From Octopus sinensis (Eukaryota): a stretch of 64,000 bases of DNA. The DNA is taken from NCBI RefSeq assembly GCF_006345805.1, contig NW_021833017.1, positions 1 through 64,000 on the forward strand. The letters run 5' to 3'. How positions within the stretch are numbered: the first letter of the stretch is position 1; each line of letters starts with the position of its first letter. The notes under the pieces were generated by a model. The model saw only the letters and a list, made by a program, of their open reading frames with translations. It had not been told where the DNA came from and made no database searches. A program made the position numbers and the translations under genes. Of the stretch, positions 38,588-51,385 are shown in pieces.

Positions 38588-38910
38588 CTTGTGACATTTT
38601 CGGTAAAGACGGGCAGAAAGTTCATATTTGCCTCCTTCAGATAAACACCATGCTGATCTGATACACATGTTACAATCAAAGAAATACTTGGAAGCTATGA
38701 GGAAGTGCTTCTGCTTCTTGGCAGCTGAGTCTTGCATTTGAGCCTGTTGAACATACTGGAATGCTGTTGCCACGGTTTCTTCTTTCTTGTGACCACTTTT
38801 CTGGAAACACTTTATAGCAATTTCAAAGTGTTTTCGCTCAAAGAAAGACATTCCTTTCGTAAACCATTCTTCTGGTGTTGAGCTTCTGGCAAATTCAGTA
38901 TTGTCAGGGT
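38588..38910 (-). CDS. TRANK1: TRANK1-like exon, TPR-like region (STPEEWFTKG...AIKCFQKSG); non-canonical GC donor
   Basis: 323 nt, phase 1-0; ttttag acceptor; ends CAC AAG|GCATGT, in frame with the next exon. Confidence 0.88.
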
Positions 38911-39737
38911 CTAAAAATAGGAGAATAAACACACATGCATAAAAACAAAAACCACACTCGTAGCATAACGGGGTCAGTAATTACAGACCCCATTATGTAG
39001 CTACATTTATTACAGCTACATAAATTACAGACCCCATTATGCAGCTAGATTACAGCCACTAATTAGTGGCTGTAATCCAGCTACATAGCTTTATGGATCT
39101 GATTGTTTTTGAACGTAACTCAGAGTTGCATGGTGGTAGATTGCAAACTCAGTAGAGCTCTGTAGAACATGCCTTGTGAGATCTGATTATATCTGTGAAT
39201 GTTCTGACATCAGAACCTATCGGAAGGCTGTTAGCTTTGGTTTCCATTCCAATCAATGAAGCTGATTAAATTTATTAAATTCCTCCCTTATAAATTTAGA
39301 CATTGTACCTAATTGTAATGGTAAGGACAATGACAAGCGACGATACAGCCAGATAGTTTCACAGTGACCCTTAATAAACACATAGGAACACTAGTGATAC
39401 TTTCATACCAATTTATTCATATACACACACACACACACACAACTATCCGTGCACACAGTTGTTCTGACACACACACACACATCCATATATATATATGCTG
39501 TAGTCTTTTACACACTCATCAACTTATTTATGCACAACTTTACTCATCTTACATATCCTCCACATGTCTACCAAAACATAACTCCAAACACCCACACACA
39601 CACACACACATTTCAACATTCCTTCGTTTGATATGATCATATAACTGAGTGTAATTAAATATCCACCCCAAAACAACCTCACACACCCAATGTCATCACC
39701 TCTACAAAAACTGGACATCTTATGGAAAATTTCATAC

Positions 39738-39950
39738 CTTCACTAGAAGTATCAACAGATGCAACCAAACGCAGAACCTGAAAATACTCAAAAATTGGGG
39801 TTCGTTTTTCATTGGATATATCAAAAATCCAAATGTTATGTTTTGCCCTTGTAAGTGCTGTGTATAAATACTTTAATTCAGAGTTGAGAACCTTGTGCTT
39901 GTTTGGGTCAAAGGTTAAAGGATGAGGATGGTTCTCGGAATCAAGAACAT
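39738..39950 (-). CDS. TRANK1: TRANK1-like exon with helicase motif VI (ELKYLYTALTRAK)
   Basis: 213 nt, phase 1-1, ttgcag/gtatga. Confidence 0.94.
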
Positions 39951-41888
39951 CTGCAAAGGAAAAAGAACAAAACAATATTAGTTATTTTTATTGTAGAGTA
40001 GACCTGTTGTGTGGCATGTCTTTCTAATTGTTTAAATTTCATATCATTCTATTTGGGAGAAGCTTGTTTGTCCATATTTCACATTGAAGTTCTTTGATCT
40101 TGTTCTTACTCAAATGTATTTTACCAATTTTTATACAAAGTGGTAAAACAAAGACACAATGCCTCAGAATTTTTGGTAAAAGTAGAGAGTATTTAACTGA
40201 CCCTAATATTTGACTGGTACTTGTTTTATTGACCGTAAAAGGACGATTGGCAAAGTTGACCCAGCAGGAACAATATTTCTGTGATTCAAATAAAATATTT
40301 CTCAACCAAACTATCTATCAATCACTCCACCCTGCTATCATTCAATCAATCGATCTCTCTATCAGCTAATTGATCTATCTGTTGATTGATCTGTCTATCT
40401 ATATTTCTTTCTTTCTTATCTTTTCTCTCACTCACTCAATCCATCCAGCTAATCATTTATTTCTGTCAAGTCCGGCATCTTTCTACAAATCCATTGAGCG
40501 ATTCATCTGTCACTCCGTCCACCTACCTTTCAATTTATTATGTACCAATCTAGTTGTCTAAAAACACATTTCTGGTTTGTTTGTCTGAGACCCCATGCTA
40601 ACACTGGCTACAGAAAGGGGTTTTATGGACTCCAGTTCCTCGTGGGATGACTTCCACACTAAAGATGAGAATGCATTCGTCCTTTCTGTGCAATCTTGCA
40701 TATAAACCTAGCTGGATTGATTTGGTTAAGATAGCGTTCATGTTGCTTAGCCCTGGGTCAGTCCTGATCAAGCAAATGTTCAATCCATGATAATCTTGCC
40801 CTTTTATATATTCTGGATAGACAATGAAGGGTTTATATTTCGAATATAGATTTTCCATTTTTAAAACAGAAGGGAGTGACTGGTGAGAGATTTGCTTATT
40901 TGTAGCAGATCAAGGCATCACCCAGAACCCATCACAACCCCTTTAGCTCATAGAAACCATTGCCATAACAGTTCGTAGAAAGAGTGAAGAAGGTCATGGA
41001 TGGACACAACTGTTCAATATCACATAAACTTCATCAGGTTTGTGCAGTTAAGATAAGAGGAGCAGAAGCCAAGGTCAAAGGTTGGGGAAATGGAGTAAAG
41101 ACAAAGGGGAAAGAATTGATAGAGAAGCAAAAAGAGTGTGGACAGGACACGAGTGGCAGGCTCCCATGAATATAGAGCTAATAGGGAGATTTATGGAGGG
41201 TGTAGAGTATTCCAGCAGGGCCTTTCGACAGTTATGTCACATGTGAGCAGCAATATGCTGTAGTGTGGTGCATCTGTCCAAGAACAGGCACACATGGAGC
41301 CGTTCGGTGATCTTTTTCTGATTAACAAGGATCTATACAGAGGTCAGTTCCTAATGCTCAATTGAAAAGTTTTGAGTCAGTGGGAGAGAGAGAGAGCAGG
41401 AGGGGACACAAGTCCACCTAAGTTGAGTTTTATACAAAAGGGATGTCATCAAGTTTTAATAGATAAAATAAAAAGAGGCACCGAGAATGAAGTGTATGTC
41501 TTCGGGTCAATTTGAACCCATGACTCTTGGATTGTTAATCTAATATTTCATACATTCCATTCATTCTTTCTCCTCTAAACATTGGTGCTACCATTAAGCA
41601 GCAACAATTTGGAAAGTGGGAAATTTCCGGACACTTAGACTTCCACAACAGTTTTCACAAATTAATAAAAGAAAAAAAAACAAACAATTTAATGTGAAGA
41701 TTAAATGGGGTGGAATTTAACTAGGATTCATAATAAATATATAACTTGGAAAAGAGAAGTCACATTGAATAATGTAGTCTAAGATACACAATGCCTAAGG
41801 GAAAAGGGTACAATTATGGCTGAAATGTCATTGATCTACGAGACCAAGACTAATTCAAAGCTAAGCAACAAGAAAGAATGGGATTCAC

Positions 41889-41994
41889 CGAAGTTGAATT
41901 CAGCTGATCTTTGACCATTTCCTTGGCTGTCTTCATTGGTTTCTGCAATTATTTCCTGCAAATAGCTTGTTATTATTCGCCATTCATCAGTCAC
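41889..41994 (-). CDS. TRANK1: TRANK1-like exon (VTDEWRIITSYL...)
   Basis: 106 nt, phase 0-1, ttacag/gtgaat. Confidence 0.88.
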
Positions 41995-43229
41995 CTGTAA
42001 TTGATAATTTTTCTTAGAAATGACTGATGCATAAATTATAGTAAAAGAGATTTTTTTATCTTTTAACACCAACCGGTTATTTTATTTGATAAAGAACACA
42101 GACACACATCCATGCAGTTTGGCACTGCATCTTTGTCTTCTTTCATCTCCTTCTCAACCACTTCCAGCCGCCACCCTCGGATCTCCTCTCCTCTAGCAAG
42201 ACACCTGTGCTTGTCTTCTATCATACTTTAGCCTTTCAAAACCTGGTATAAAGTCACTCCCAGCCCCACCTAGAAGTTGGAACTTTCCCTTTTCTGGTGG
42301 TATGAAAAGAAACCCCATCCAGTACAGTGCAAAGGGGCTGGTGTTAGGAAGGGCATCCAACCATAAAAACCGTGCCAAAACTGACACTGGAACTCAGTGC
42401 TGGGTCCTGTCCAAAGGTCCAACCTCTGCAAGCATGGAAGGAAGATGTTAAATGGTGACAAGGATGACGACATTCATACATCGTACAACCATGCACGTAT
42501 ACACACGTGTATGCAGCACATTATATATGCATGTGTAGTACATGTGTGTGTGTGTGTGTGTTGGGATGGCAGAGGTCAGTAGCAGCAGCAGGATGTAGGG
42601 TCAGGAGGCTGAGTGATGTGTGGGTGTGTGCATGAGTATGTACAGGTGTATGTGTGTGCACGTGTCCCTTTCTCCAAACATGACAGTTACCCCCTCTCCT
42701 ACTCTCTCTCTCACACACACACACACACAAGCACTGTGGTGTGCCCTTGTGCGCTTTTCCTGTCACTGGCCTAGGCAGATAAAATGCAAGGATCTCCACC
42801 GGTCAAGGTTAATTCTACTTCTACACATGTCTGTAGAGGCCTGGGCAAGATTTTCAAGGAAGACTGACCATTGGCCATACATACAAGTTCTCCCCTCTCT
42901 CCAAGTTACCAATGTTTAATCCAATGGAAAGGTCACTGACTTGGGTCGCATATATTGGGTGGTCAGCATGCACCAAATGGTTGGGTGTACCATTAAGAGG
43001 TCGGTTGTAAGTGGTGGTGGCAATGGCAGTAGTAGCAGCCAGCAGCAGCAGTGTGTGTCCGTGTGTCACCCCCACAATAACCAACAGGGTTGCAGAACTA
43101 CTAAAATACTTTTTTTATCTTTCATGTTGTGTGATGAAGAAATGAAATTTAATAAAGCAATGTGAAGAATGTGTGGCCTTCATGAGAGGCTGGAAGGGAA
43201 ATTAGATTAACATGAAACTGAAACTGTAC

Positions 43230-43367
43230 CAGAGAATCCTTGAAGAAGTTGTACAAAAGGATATCATTGAATTCTAAGCCTTTTGATTCAGCAATTGTGA
43301 GAACAATTGCAGATGAAAGAAAACTGGGTAATTCCTGTTTTGCCTGATTATTTGCCACAAGAATAGC
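43230..43367 (-). CDS. TRANK1: TRANK1-like exon with helicase motif V (TIAESKGLEFNDILLYNFF)
   Basis: 138 nt, phase 0-0, tttcag/gtacag. Confidence 0.93.
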
Positions 43368-44065
43368 CTGAAATAGAAGAGAACAAAACATGAGAGAAAA
43401 GGCAGAGAACAACACGAGAGAGGAAGAAAAAGTAACAAAAAAACAAAAAAACTATCGATATATAACTAGAAATAGTAACAGTACAAAAACAACAACATAA
43501 GCTTAGCTATTGAATCCAGAAGGATTCAATTAAGATTGAATAAAACAAAAGAGATTTTTATGGTTCTTTGCATTATGGTTTGTCTGAGAAAATTCAGAGA
43601 ATCTGAAATACATCAGAATTGGATTCAAAAAGTAGCACTACACTTTGTAGATTCCTTGCCAAAGGAAAATCCATCCAAGAATTATGGGAACATAACAACT
43701 ACATTGATAACATTCCATGCCTTTCTAGAATTCTTATAAAATCAAAAAATTCTTGATTTCATCCAGTTTTGTGTACATCCGATGTAACGATATTTTGCGG
43801 AATCATTTGTCATAATTGTTGCATGATATGCTACATTCTTTCTTTTTAAGAGAAAAACTGTAGTATTCCGGGCACGTGCCTGCTATATCCTAAGAATACA
43901 TGTCTATCCTGAGGATACACATCTTAGAAGAACAGAATGGAGTGAGTGGAACAAGAACACACGAAAATGAAATGTTGCTGAAGAGGTCATAGAGTGCAAC
44001 AAAAACTTTCTGAACAATGGACATGAGTTAAAATAATAAAATAAGAACAGTAATAAACAAGTAAA

Positions 44066-44067
<2 letters not shown>

Positions 44068-44136
<69 letters not shown>

Positions 44137-44150
44137 CATATATATATATA
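44068..44150. repeat. (AT)n microsatellite (representative of many)
   Basis: Direct reading. Confidence 0.95.
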
Positions 44151-45132
44151 GTGCGTGTGTTTATTTGGCAAAAAAAAAAAATTACCATCCCAAAATACAA
44201 TATCTGTTTCAACACCTGATTTCACATCAGGAATCTTGCAAAATGAATTGACATACTAATATGTATGTATGTATGTGTATATATATATGTCAGGTCACTT
44301 TCGAGTGCTGCTGGTAACATGTAACCCAGTACAACCTGTGGCATGGTCGGGTCATCGGCGACTAAACCGGCAACCCCACCAAGCTCGCTTGGTGAGGAGG
44401 CTGTTTATTGGACACCCTGCGGGATGAAAAGCAAAACCCCTCAAAGGGCGGAGGAACTCTTGAGAGTCAACGGCCATCCAATAAATGCGGTTTTTTTTAA
44501 GGCTTAAGGCTGTATCATGCGCGGGGACATAGAAATAATCGGACTGAATACCCGATCGCGCGGTTAAACCATTGGGAGTGAAGGACTCCTAGCCTTTGTT
44601 AAGGCATCCTTCTAGGAGAAGGTAACTCAGGTAACTGGGATAACTCAGTGGTTACCGATGATGTTGACTTGTTCTTCTTTTCAGATTATGGCTGCTGTTG
44701 CTTAGTGAGTGGGATTGACTCAGTGCACAGCCTTTCTTCACTTTAAAAAAAAATCTTCTTGCACAGGCATTGCACGATAACATTGTTCATGATTGTTGAT
44801 AGTGCTGTGAGTCTCAACTGAATGGCTGGTTGTGGCCTTAAAAAGCAAATAAAAGTCACATTCGATCACAGCACCAATAACAGTTAAGCTTCGTGCAATG
44901 GCCATACTCGATAACGAGGGAGCAGCCATCATATATATACATACATATATATATATTTACACATATGTATGTCTGTGTAATGTGAGTGTCTGTCTTCGAG
45001 TGTATGTGTGTATCTGGATCTAAGTACGTATCTATATGCATCTTTATATATCTGTGTGTATATGTATAGATGTGTATATCCACGTGTACCCACATATATG
45101 AGTTCATGTATGTATATGTATGTGTATATATA

Positions 45133-45182
<50 letters not shown>

Positions 45183-46005
45183 TGTATATGTACATGAAAC
45201 TACTTTTAATCTTCCTTTCATTTTCTATTTTCTTTTTCCTCGAAGCAAATATGACAGCAAAAGCTAATTCGGTCATTTTATCCAAACAGGAACACAAGAT
45301 TTCCACGTATATTTCAATTTTTTGCGTTTCTATAATATTATTTGCTTTTATTCATTCTTGAACAATAAGCCAGCCAACACTAAAAAATATCTAGTGGGGC
45401 TTCTTTACCAAAGTACCTGAAGAGACCCAGACTGATTGGTTGAAACATGTCATACTTAATAAAAATATAATATGAAATCCATCTCCTACTATTAATTAAT
45501 ACCATTATCCTAAGTGCCACTGCAAAGTTCCTGAAGTAAATCCAAGGGAGGTGTACCACAACTATGGATGTCAACCTGTAGCCTCAACCGTGCCAGTTCT
45601 CTACTCAGCATTTAAACACACTAATCTAATCATATGTATTTGTCTAAATTTTCTATTATCATATATATATATATATAAACTATTGAAAAGGTTGCAAGAC
45701 ACAACGAAAATTTTAGGAAAATAAAAATAAGAAAAAAGTGGAAATTTTACCAGTGAGTGTGTTACATTATAAGGCACAAAAAGAGAATGACTCTCCCCAG
45801 ACACAACAGAATATGCTTCAGCACACGAACTCATATAAAGAACCTTGCAAACCAAATCCAAAAATGAAATATATATATATATATATATATATATAGTCAT
45901 TACAGATATAGGGTGAAATATAATTAATTTAATAAAATCAACAAATTTCACCTAGTAGTATTTCGGTATGGAAAAGGACCATATTCGGTAAAAATTTATA
46001 TAATT

Positions 46006-46203
46006 ATAATAATAAGAGTTTTTTGCAACAAGTTGCTTAAACCACATACTGAAAATTTTAGAAATAGCAGCTAAAAGACTACTATTCTCCACAGACAACA
46101 ATATTTGTAACTCACATAAGGAAATAGTGGTCTTTTGGCTGCTATTTCTAAAATTTTCAGTATGTGGTTTAAGCAACTTGTTGCAAAAAACCCTTATTAT
46201 TAT
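46006..46203. repeat. Hairpin inverted repeat: 81-bp arms, 36-nt loop
   Basis: 46006-46086 vs 46123-46203, 3 mismatches; ORF track shows the same peptide (AAISKIFSMWFKQLVAKN) on both strands. Confidence 0.92.
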
Positions 46204-46205
46204 AA

Positions 46206-46258
<53 letters not shown>

Positions 46259-47094
46259 CACCCACATACAATGGGATTCTTTCAGTTTCTGTCAACCAAA
46301 TCCACTCACAAGGCTTTTCTTGGCTTGAGGTTGTAGTAGAAGACACTTGCCCAAGGTACCACGCAGTGGGTCTGACCTCAAAACCATGTAGTTAGCAAGC
46401 AAACTTCTTAACCATACAACCACATCTGTGCCTATAGTTAAAGGTGTATATGTGTGTGTGTGTGTAACAGGTAAATTCCACATACACAACAGGTCAGCAT
46501 CACAAGGATGAAGTGTCCCTGGTGAAATACTCAAAACTTACAAGTTTCCTTTTATATATGAAGGAAGAAGAAAGCCAGAAGTGAAGTTCTGGTGAAGTTG
46601 ATGTGCTTCTGATGCTCAGCCTGAAAATCCGTAGGTAAAAACACAGGTGAGCCAAGAGTGGCAGATCTGTTTCAGCGAACAGAGTAAATTCTTGTGAAAT
46701 TAAAATAGCAGCCAACTCTCCCACAAATCTTACCATCTTAAATAAAGGGTACACTGGACAACGTAGTCTCTGCTATACAAAATTATGGGATGGTCACAAG
46801 TGGAATGGCTTTGACCAACAGTGTGCTGAAACAGGGCTAGTTTGGGGCTCAACAACAACTCTGCTAAAACAAAGGCTGACCATGGACAAAGTGATGGCAT
46901 TAAAACGGGTGCCATGTTATGTTTACCAATCAAGAAATAGAGGGAAAAAAATGGTCCATAATAACTAGGTTGTTTCATATGAAATGTTGCATTTTTAATT
47001 ACTTGTTATTTCAATCATTTAAAAACTCAATTATTTACACCTTAATTATTTACACCTTGTATTTAATCTTGACTCTTACTCCTTCCCAATAATA

Positions 47095-48029
47095 TTAGTA
47101 TACAAAATTCGTACCCACAGACCTTATGAAAATGATAACCAAACTATGTTGAGTGATTTTCTCATAGAGCACAAACTGGGTCACTCTACTGCAGAAGTTC
47201 TACGGAATATCAAGTGGGGCCATCAAAACTGTTCAGAGATGGTTCCAAAGCTCGCGTTCAGGAGATGATAGCCTTGAAAATAAACCAAGGGGTAGGCCAA
47301 AATCAGTTATTCGGCATGATGGTTTGTTCCACATGAACTGAATGAGATTCAAAAAAAAGACGCCTCGAAGAGTGCTCCTTATTGCTTTCTCAACTGGAAT
47401 AAGACCATTTTAGCATTACTTGTGATGAGAAATGGATACTCTTTGACAACAGGAGAGTCACCTAAACATTACCCAAACCCACCACTGCACCCTAAAAAAG
47501 TTAGTGGTCACTGTATGGTGGTCTGCAAAGGGAGTTATTCATTATTCATTTTTGCAACAAGGAAAAACGGTAACAGCAACATCGTATTGCCAGGAAATTG
47601 ATTGTATGCATGAGGATGTGAAAAAGAAGCAACCCAGACAAGTGAATTTGCTCCACGGCAATGTACATGCTGACACTCCTCAAGCTACGGTCCAAAAGTT
47701 GCAAAGCCTGGATTATGAGATTTTGCAACATCCTCCCTAATCCCCTGATATCTCTCCTACTGATCATCACTTATTTAAGCATTTTGAGCTTTTCATAAGT
47801 AATAAAACATTCTTAAACAGAGAAGAGGTAATTGAAGCATTCGGGCAGTTTATCACAGCAAAAAATGAATTTTTTTTTTAAAGATGAAATACATGACATA
47901 GAGAAACGTTGGGTAAGCATCACAAATGAACATGGATCGTACTTTGATTAAATAAATCAGTTCTCTAACACTTCTGAAACATTTTATTGTTACCTTTCAA
48001 ATACAAAATTTCATGTGAAACAACCGAAT
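47095..48029 (+). mobile_element. Decayed mariner (cecropia/Hsmar1-like) transposase pseudogene
   Basis: TCDEKWILFDN, VTVWWSAKGVIHYSFL and HPP*SPDISPTDHHLF motifs; right TIR-like end at about 48010-48029. Confidence 0.85.
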
Positions 48030-48097
48030 GTTATTGTGGCACTGGTACTAAAGAGGTTCTCTTATGTTTTCGACAAACTCAAACATGTCATACATAC

Positions 48098-48254
48098 CTG
48101 CTGGGCTCCAAATTCTATCTGATTTGATCTCTGTTTTTCTCCTCCCAATAACATGATCAAGTTCTCGTTGTTACAGAACTCAAAGATTTTTGGTTTTGGG
48201 CCCTCATATGACCCAAAATCTTTCTCGGTTTTATCAAAAGATTCCGGGAAATAT
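48098..48254 (-). CDS. TRANK1: TRANK1-like exon (YFPESFD...IEFGAQQ), absent from the ORF track
   Basis: 157 nt, phase 2-0, ttatag/gtatgt; joins ...LLNR to AILV in frame. Confidence 0.92.
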
Positions 48255-48766
48255 CTATAAGAAGGATATCAAACATTGTGAGCGGTAAAAATAGTGTAAA
48301 AGGAAAGAGTGTTGTAAGGAGAACGCAAGAGGTTGTAACATGAGCAACAAGTATGTAACATAAGTGCTGTCACTGTGTGACATGAGTGTCATGGAAGGGA
48401 TGCAGATATAGGATATGCATGTTTGTATGTGCAAGTGTCAATGTCGAATAAAAAATTAACAGTAATAACACTTGCAAGTCACTTAAGTTAGGCTGCGTGG
48501 CATGAGTGCAACTTCAATGTGACAGGAGGATTGTGAGAGTGTAACACGGATGATCTGAGGATGTAACATGACATGAAAACAACAGGAGCTTGCTATGAAA
48601 GCAACTGGAGTGTAACAGGAGTGCAAAGGAGTTTCAACACATCACGAGAACATCATCATCATCGTCATCATAGCTTTAACATATACTTTTCCATCCTTCC
48701 AAGGGGCAGACAGAATTTAAGGTAGCAACATTTAATATTAAACAAAGAAAACAAAAGGCCACATAC

Positions 48767-49194
48767 CTGTTAAGTAAATCAAGAACACTAGAAGCCAATG
48801 AAACCACCCCACTGTGTGACCTGTAGTTGCAGGTCAAATAATGCATTGTCTGGGGTACGTTAATAGAGTGGAGTTGCTTTAAATTTGAACATATCCCTTT
48901 TAGGTAATAAAAGAGTGACTTGAGGTCACAGAATCGAAATGCAACACCTCTCATGATACTCTGGGCTGTGTCACCTGTGAGAAACATGTTGTTGGGATTT
49001 TCAACAAGTAATATCATCAGAAAGAGTTCAGCTTGGGTAAAATCCTGGACTTCATCGACATAAATCTCATGAATGGGGCAGAAGGTTGGTTGGGAATTAC
49101 GAAGCCGAGAGAATAAATTAAAAACAACATCCATCTCATCAAACAGATGTCTTTCTCTTAAGAGTTTATTGTATTTCACAAATGCTTGGTATAC
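48767..49194 (-). CDS. TRANK1: TRANK1-like exon with helicase motifs II (YVDEVQD), III (LTGDTAQSI) and IV (LTCNYRSH)
   Basis: 428 nt, phase 0-2, ttgcag/gtatgt. Confidence 0.95.
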
Positions 49195-50857
49195 CTGCAA
49201 ATAAAAAAAAAACAACATAAAAACAATATATTTTATCACAAAATTAGACACAATTTTGCGATAAAAAAAAGAACAGACACATCAGCAGGACTTGAAACTA
49301 GTATTTGTTGTTTGTTGGGTGGTCCCAGGACTAGTTGCACCACAGACAGCTTGCCATTACCCATTCTTAAATAACATAAATACGTTTTTTTTCCTTTGCT
49401 AATTTTAATTGATTCTTTTATTTCCACACAATAATTTTCCTATCACTTTGTGTGAGCAGAATAGCTTATTTCTCCTAATGTCTAATGTAACAAAGTATTC
49501 TAGTTTGCTAACAAAATACATCAAGGAAAATTCTTAATATATATATATCCCTTGCTTAAATAAATTTCATCATCATTGTCGTTTTAATGTCCACTTTTTT
49601 CATGCATGCATTGGTCAGACAGAATCTTCTGAGACAGATTTTCTACAACAAAAGGCCCTCCCTGTTGCAAACCCTCACTTGTTCCAAGTAAGGTAATATC
49701 TTCCCATATATACACACATTTTTCATGGAAGATGAGAAATGAACAACTTCACTTTTATGACAACAATAAGGCTCATTTACAACCATTATGTGATGCCCCA
49801 ACAAGGATGGATACACACACACACACACATACGCATGCTCACACGCACACACACGAGGCTTTTCCAGTTTCCAACTATCAAATCCAATCACAAGGTGCAG
49901 CAAAGTGGGACTGAACATAAGACTACAAGGTTGGGAAGCAAGCTTCTTAACCACACAGCTACACCAGCACCAGTGTGTGTGTGTGTGCGCACATGTGTGC
50001 CATGTAAAACCCACTCTGCGGGGTGGTTGGTGCTAGGAAGGGCACCCAGCCATAAAAACCCTGCCAAAACAGACACAGCAGCCTGAAGTAGTCTTCTACC
50101 TGGCCGACTCCTGTCAACCATCCTACCCATGCATGCGTGAAAGATGGACGTTAATCAGTGATGCTTGCTAGGTAGGTATCATCAATTAACACCCTTGTCC
50201 CATGCTGACATGGGTTGGATGGTTTGACAAAGGCAGATGGGTTGAAGGACTGCATTGAGCGTGAGTGTTTTGGCAACGGTTTCTATGGCTGGCTGCCCTT
50301 CCTAATACCAACCATTCTACAGTGTACTGGATGCTTTACTCGTGTCACCAGTACAAGTAAGATTATCGTGCAGTTTGCAAGATTACAAACCCCAAATGAG
50401 GGCACTTTATGCTACTGTGGCAAAATGGATTTGAAAATGAATGAATATATAGAGATAGCCAGTGGGATGTAAGCTCTGGTATGGCCTCCCAGCCTGGACA
50501 GGTTATAGGAGAGATGCCAAAGATGAACAACTTCTTTGCAGTTTAAAAAATGAGTTTATGTGGAGCCAACATATCTACCTAGAAGAAAGCAAAGTTAGAG
50601 AAAATTTGCCTGACCCATGCTTGCATAGAAAAGTGGACATTAAGACAATAATAATGATGATCACACACACATATATATGTACACACACATATATATGTAC
50701 ACACACACACACACATAATATTGAACAGTGAGAATGAGTGCTGAACACCACATTGGTGAATATTCTTTAGTTGTGGAATAAGAAGACTACTGTTGGTTTC
50801 CTGTGGAGAATTCTCAACAATTATAAAGCCTGCCACATTGGATGCATTTTATATATA

Positions 50858-51366
50858 TACTAGCAGTATCGCCCGGCATTGCTCGGGTTTGTAAGGGAAA
50901 TAACTATATAAGCATTTTTAGAGAGTTACTTCCCTTATAAATTCGGGCTTTCTTAGCCATTTTTGTTTTGGTGTCTTCAAGCCATGAAGTCGTTGTTCTA
51001 AAAGAACGCTGGTTTCCTTCACAACGCATTACGACGTTGATTTCTTTACACTCCCTTCCCCACAGCTTCACGAGGGAGGGAAGGGGGAGAAGCAAACAGG
51101 TGCAGCTGTGAGCGTGGACGCCAACTCCGCCGCCATCGACATACGATGCATTTTATGCATTAAAATGGAATAAAAAATGATGTTAAATTATTTTTAAAAT
51201 CGTAGACTCATCGTTGACGCGCGCTAATAGTCAGACGGGCTCGATATGAATCACGACTATAAGATACCCGAATTTGGTTAAACTGCACCGCAAAATGTGG
51301 GAGGAGTTAGGAATCTAAATCGAAAGGGACAGACACTCACACAACTAGAGTTTTATATATATAGAT
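50858..51366 (+). mobile_element. Non-autonomous Helitron-derived (Lep1-like) element
   Basis: 5' TACTAGCAGTATCGCCCGGCATTGCTCGGG hairpin; 3' ACAGAC/ACAAC...TTTTATATATATAGAT; retains many CpGs. Confidence 0.65.
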
Positions 51367-51385
51367 ATATATATATATATATATA

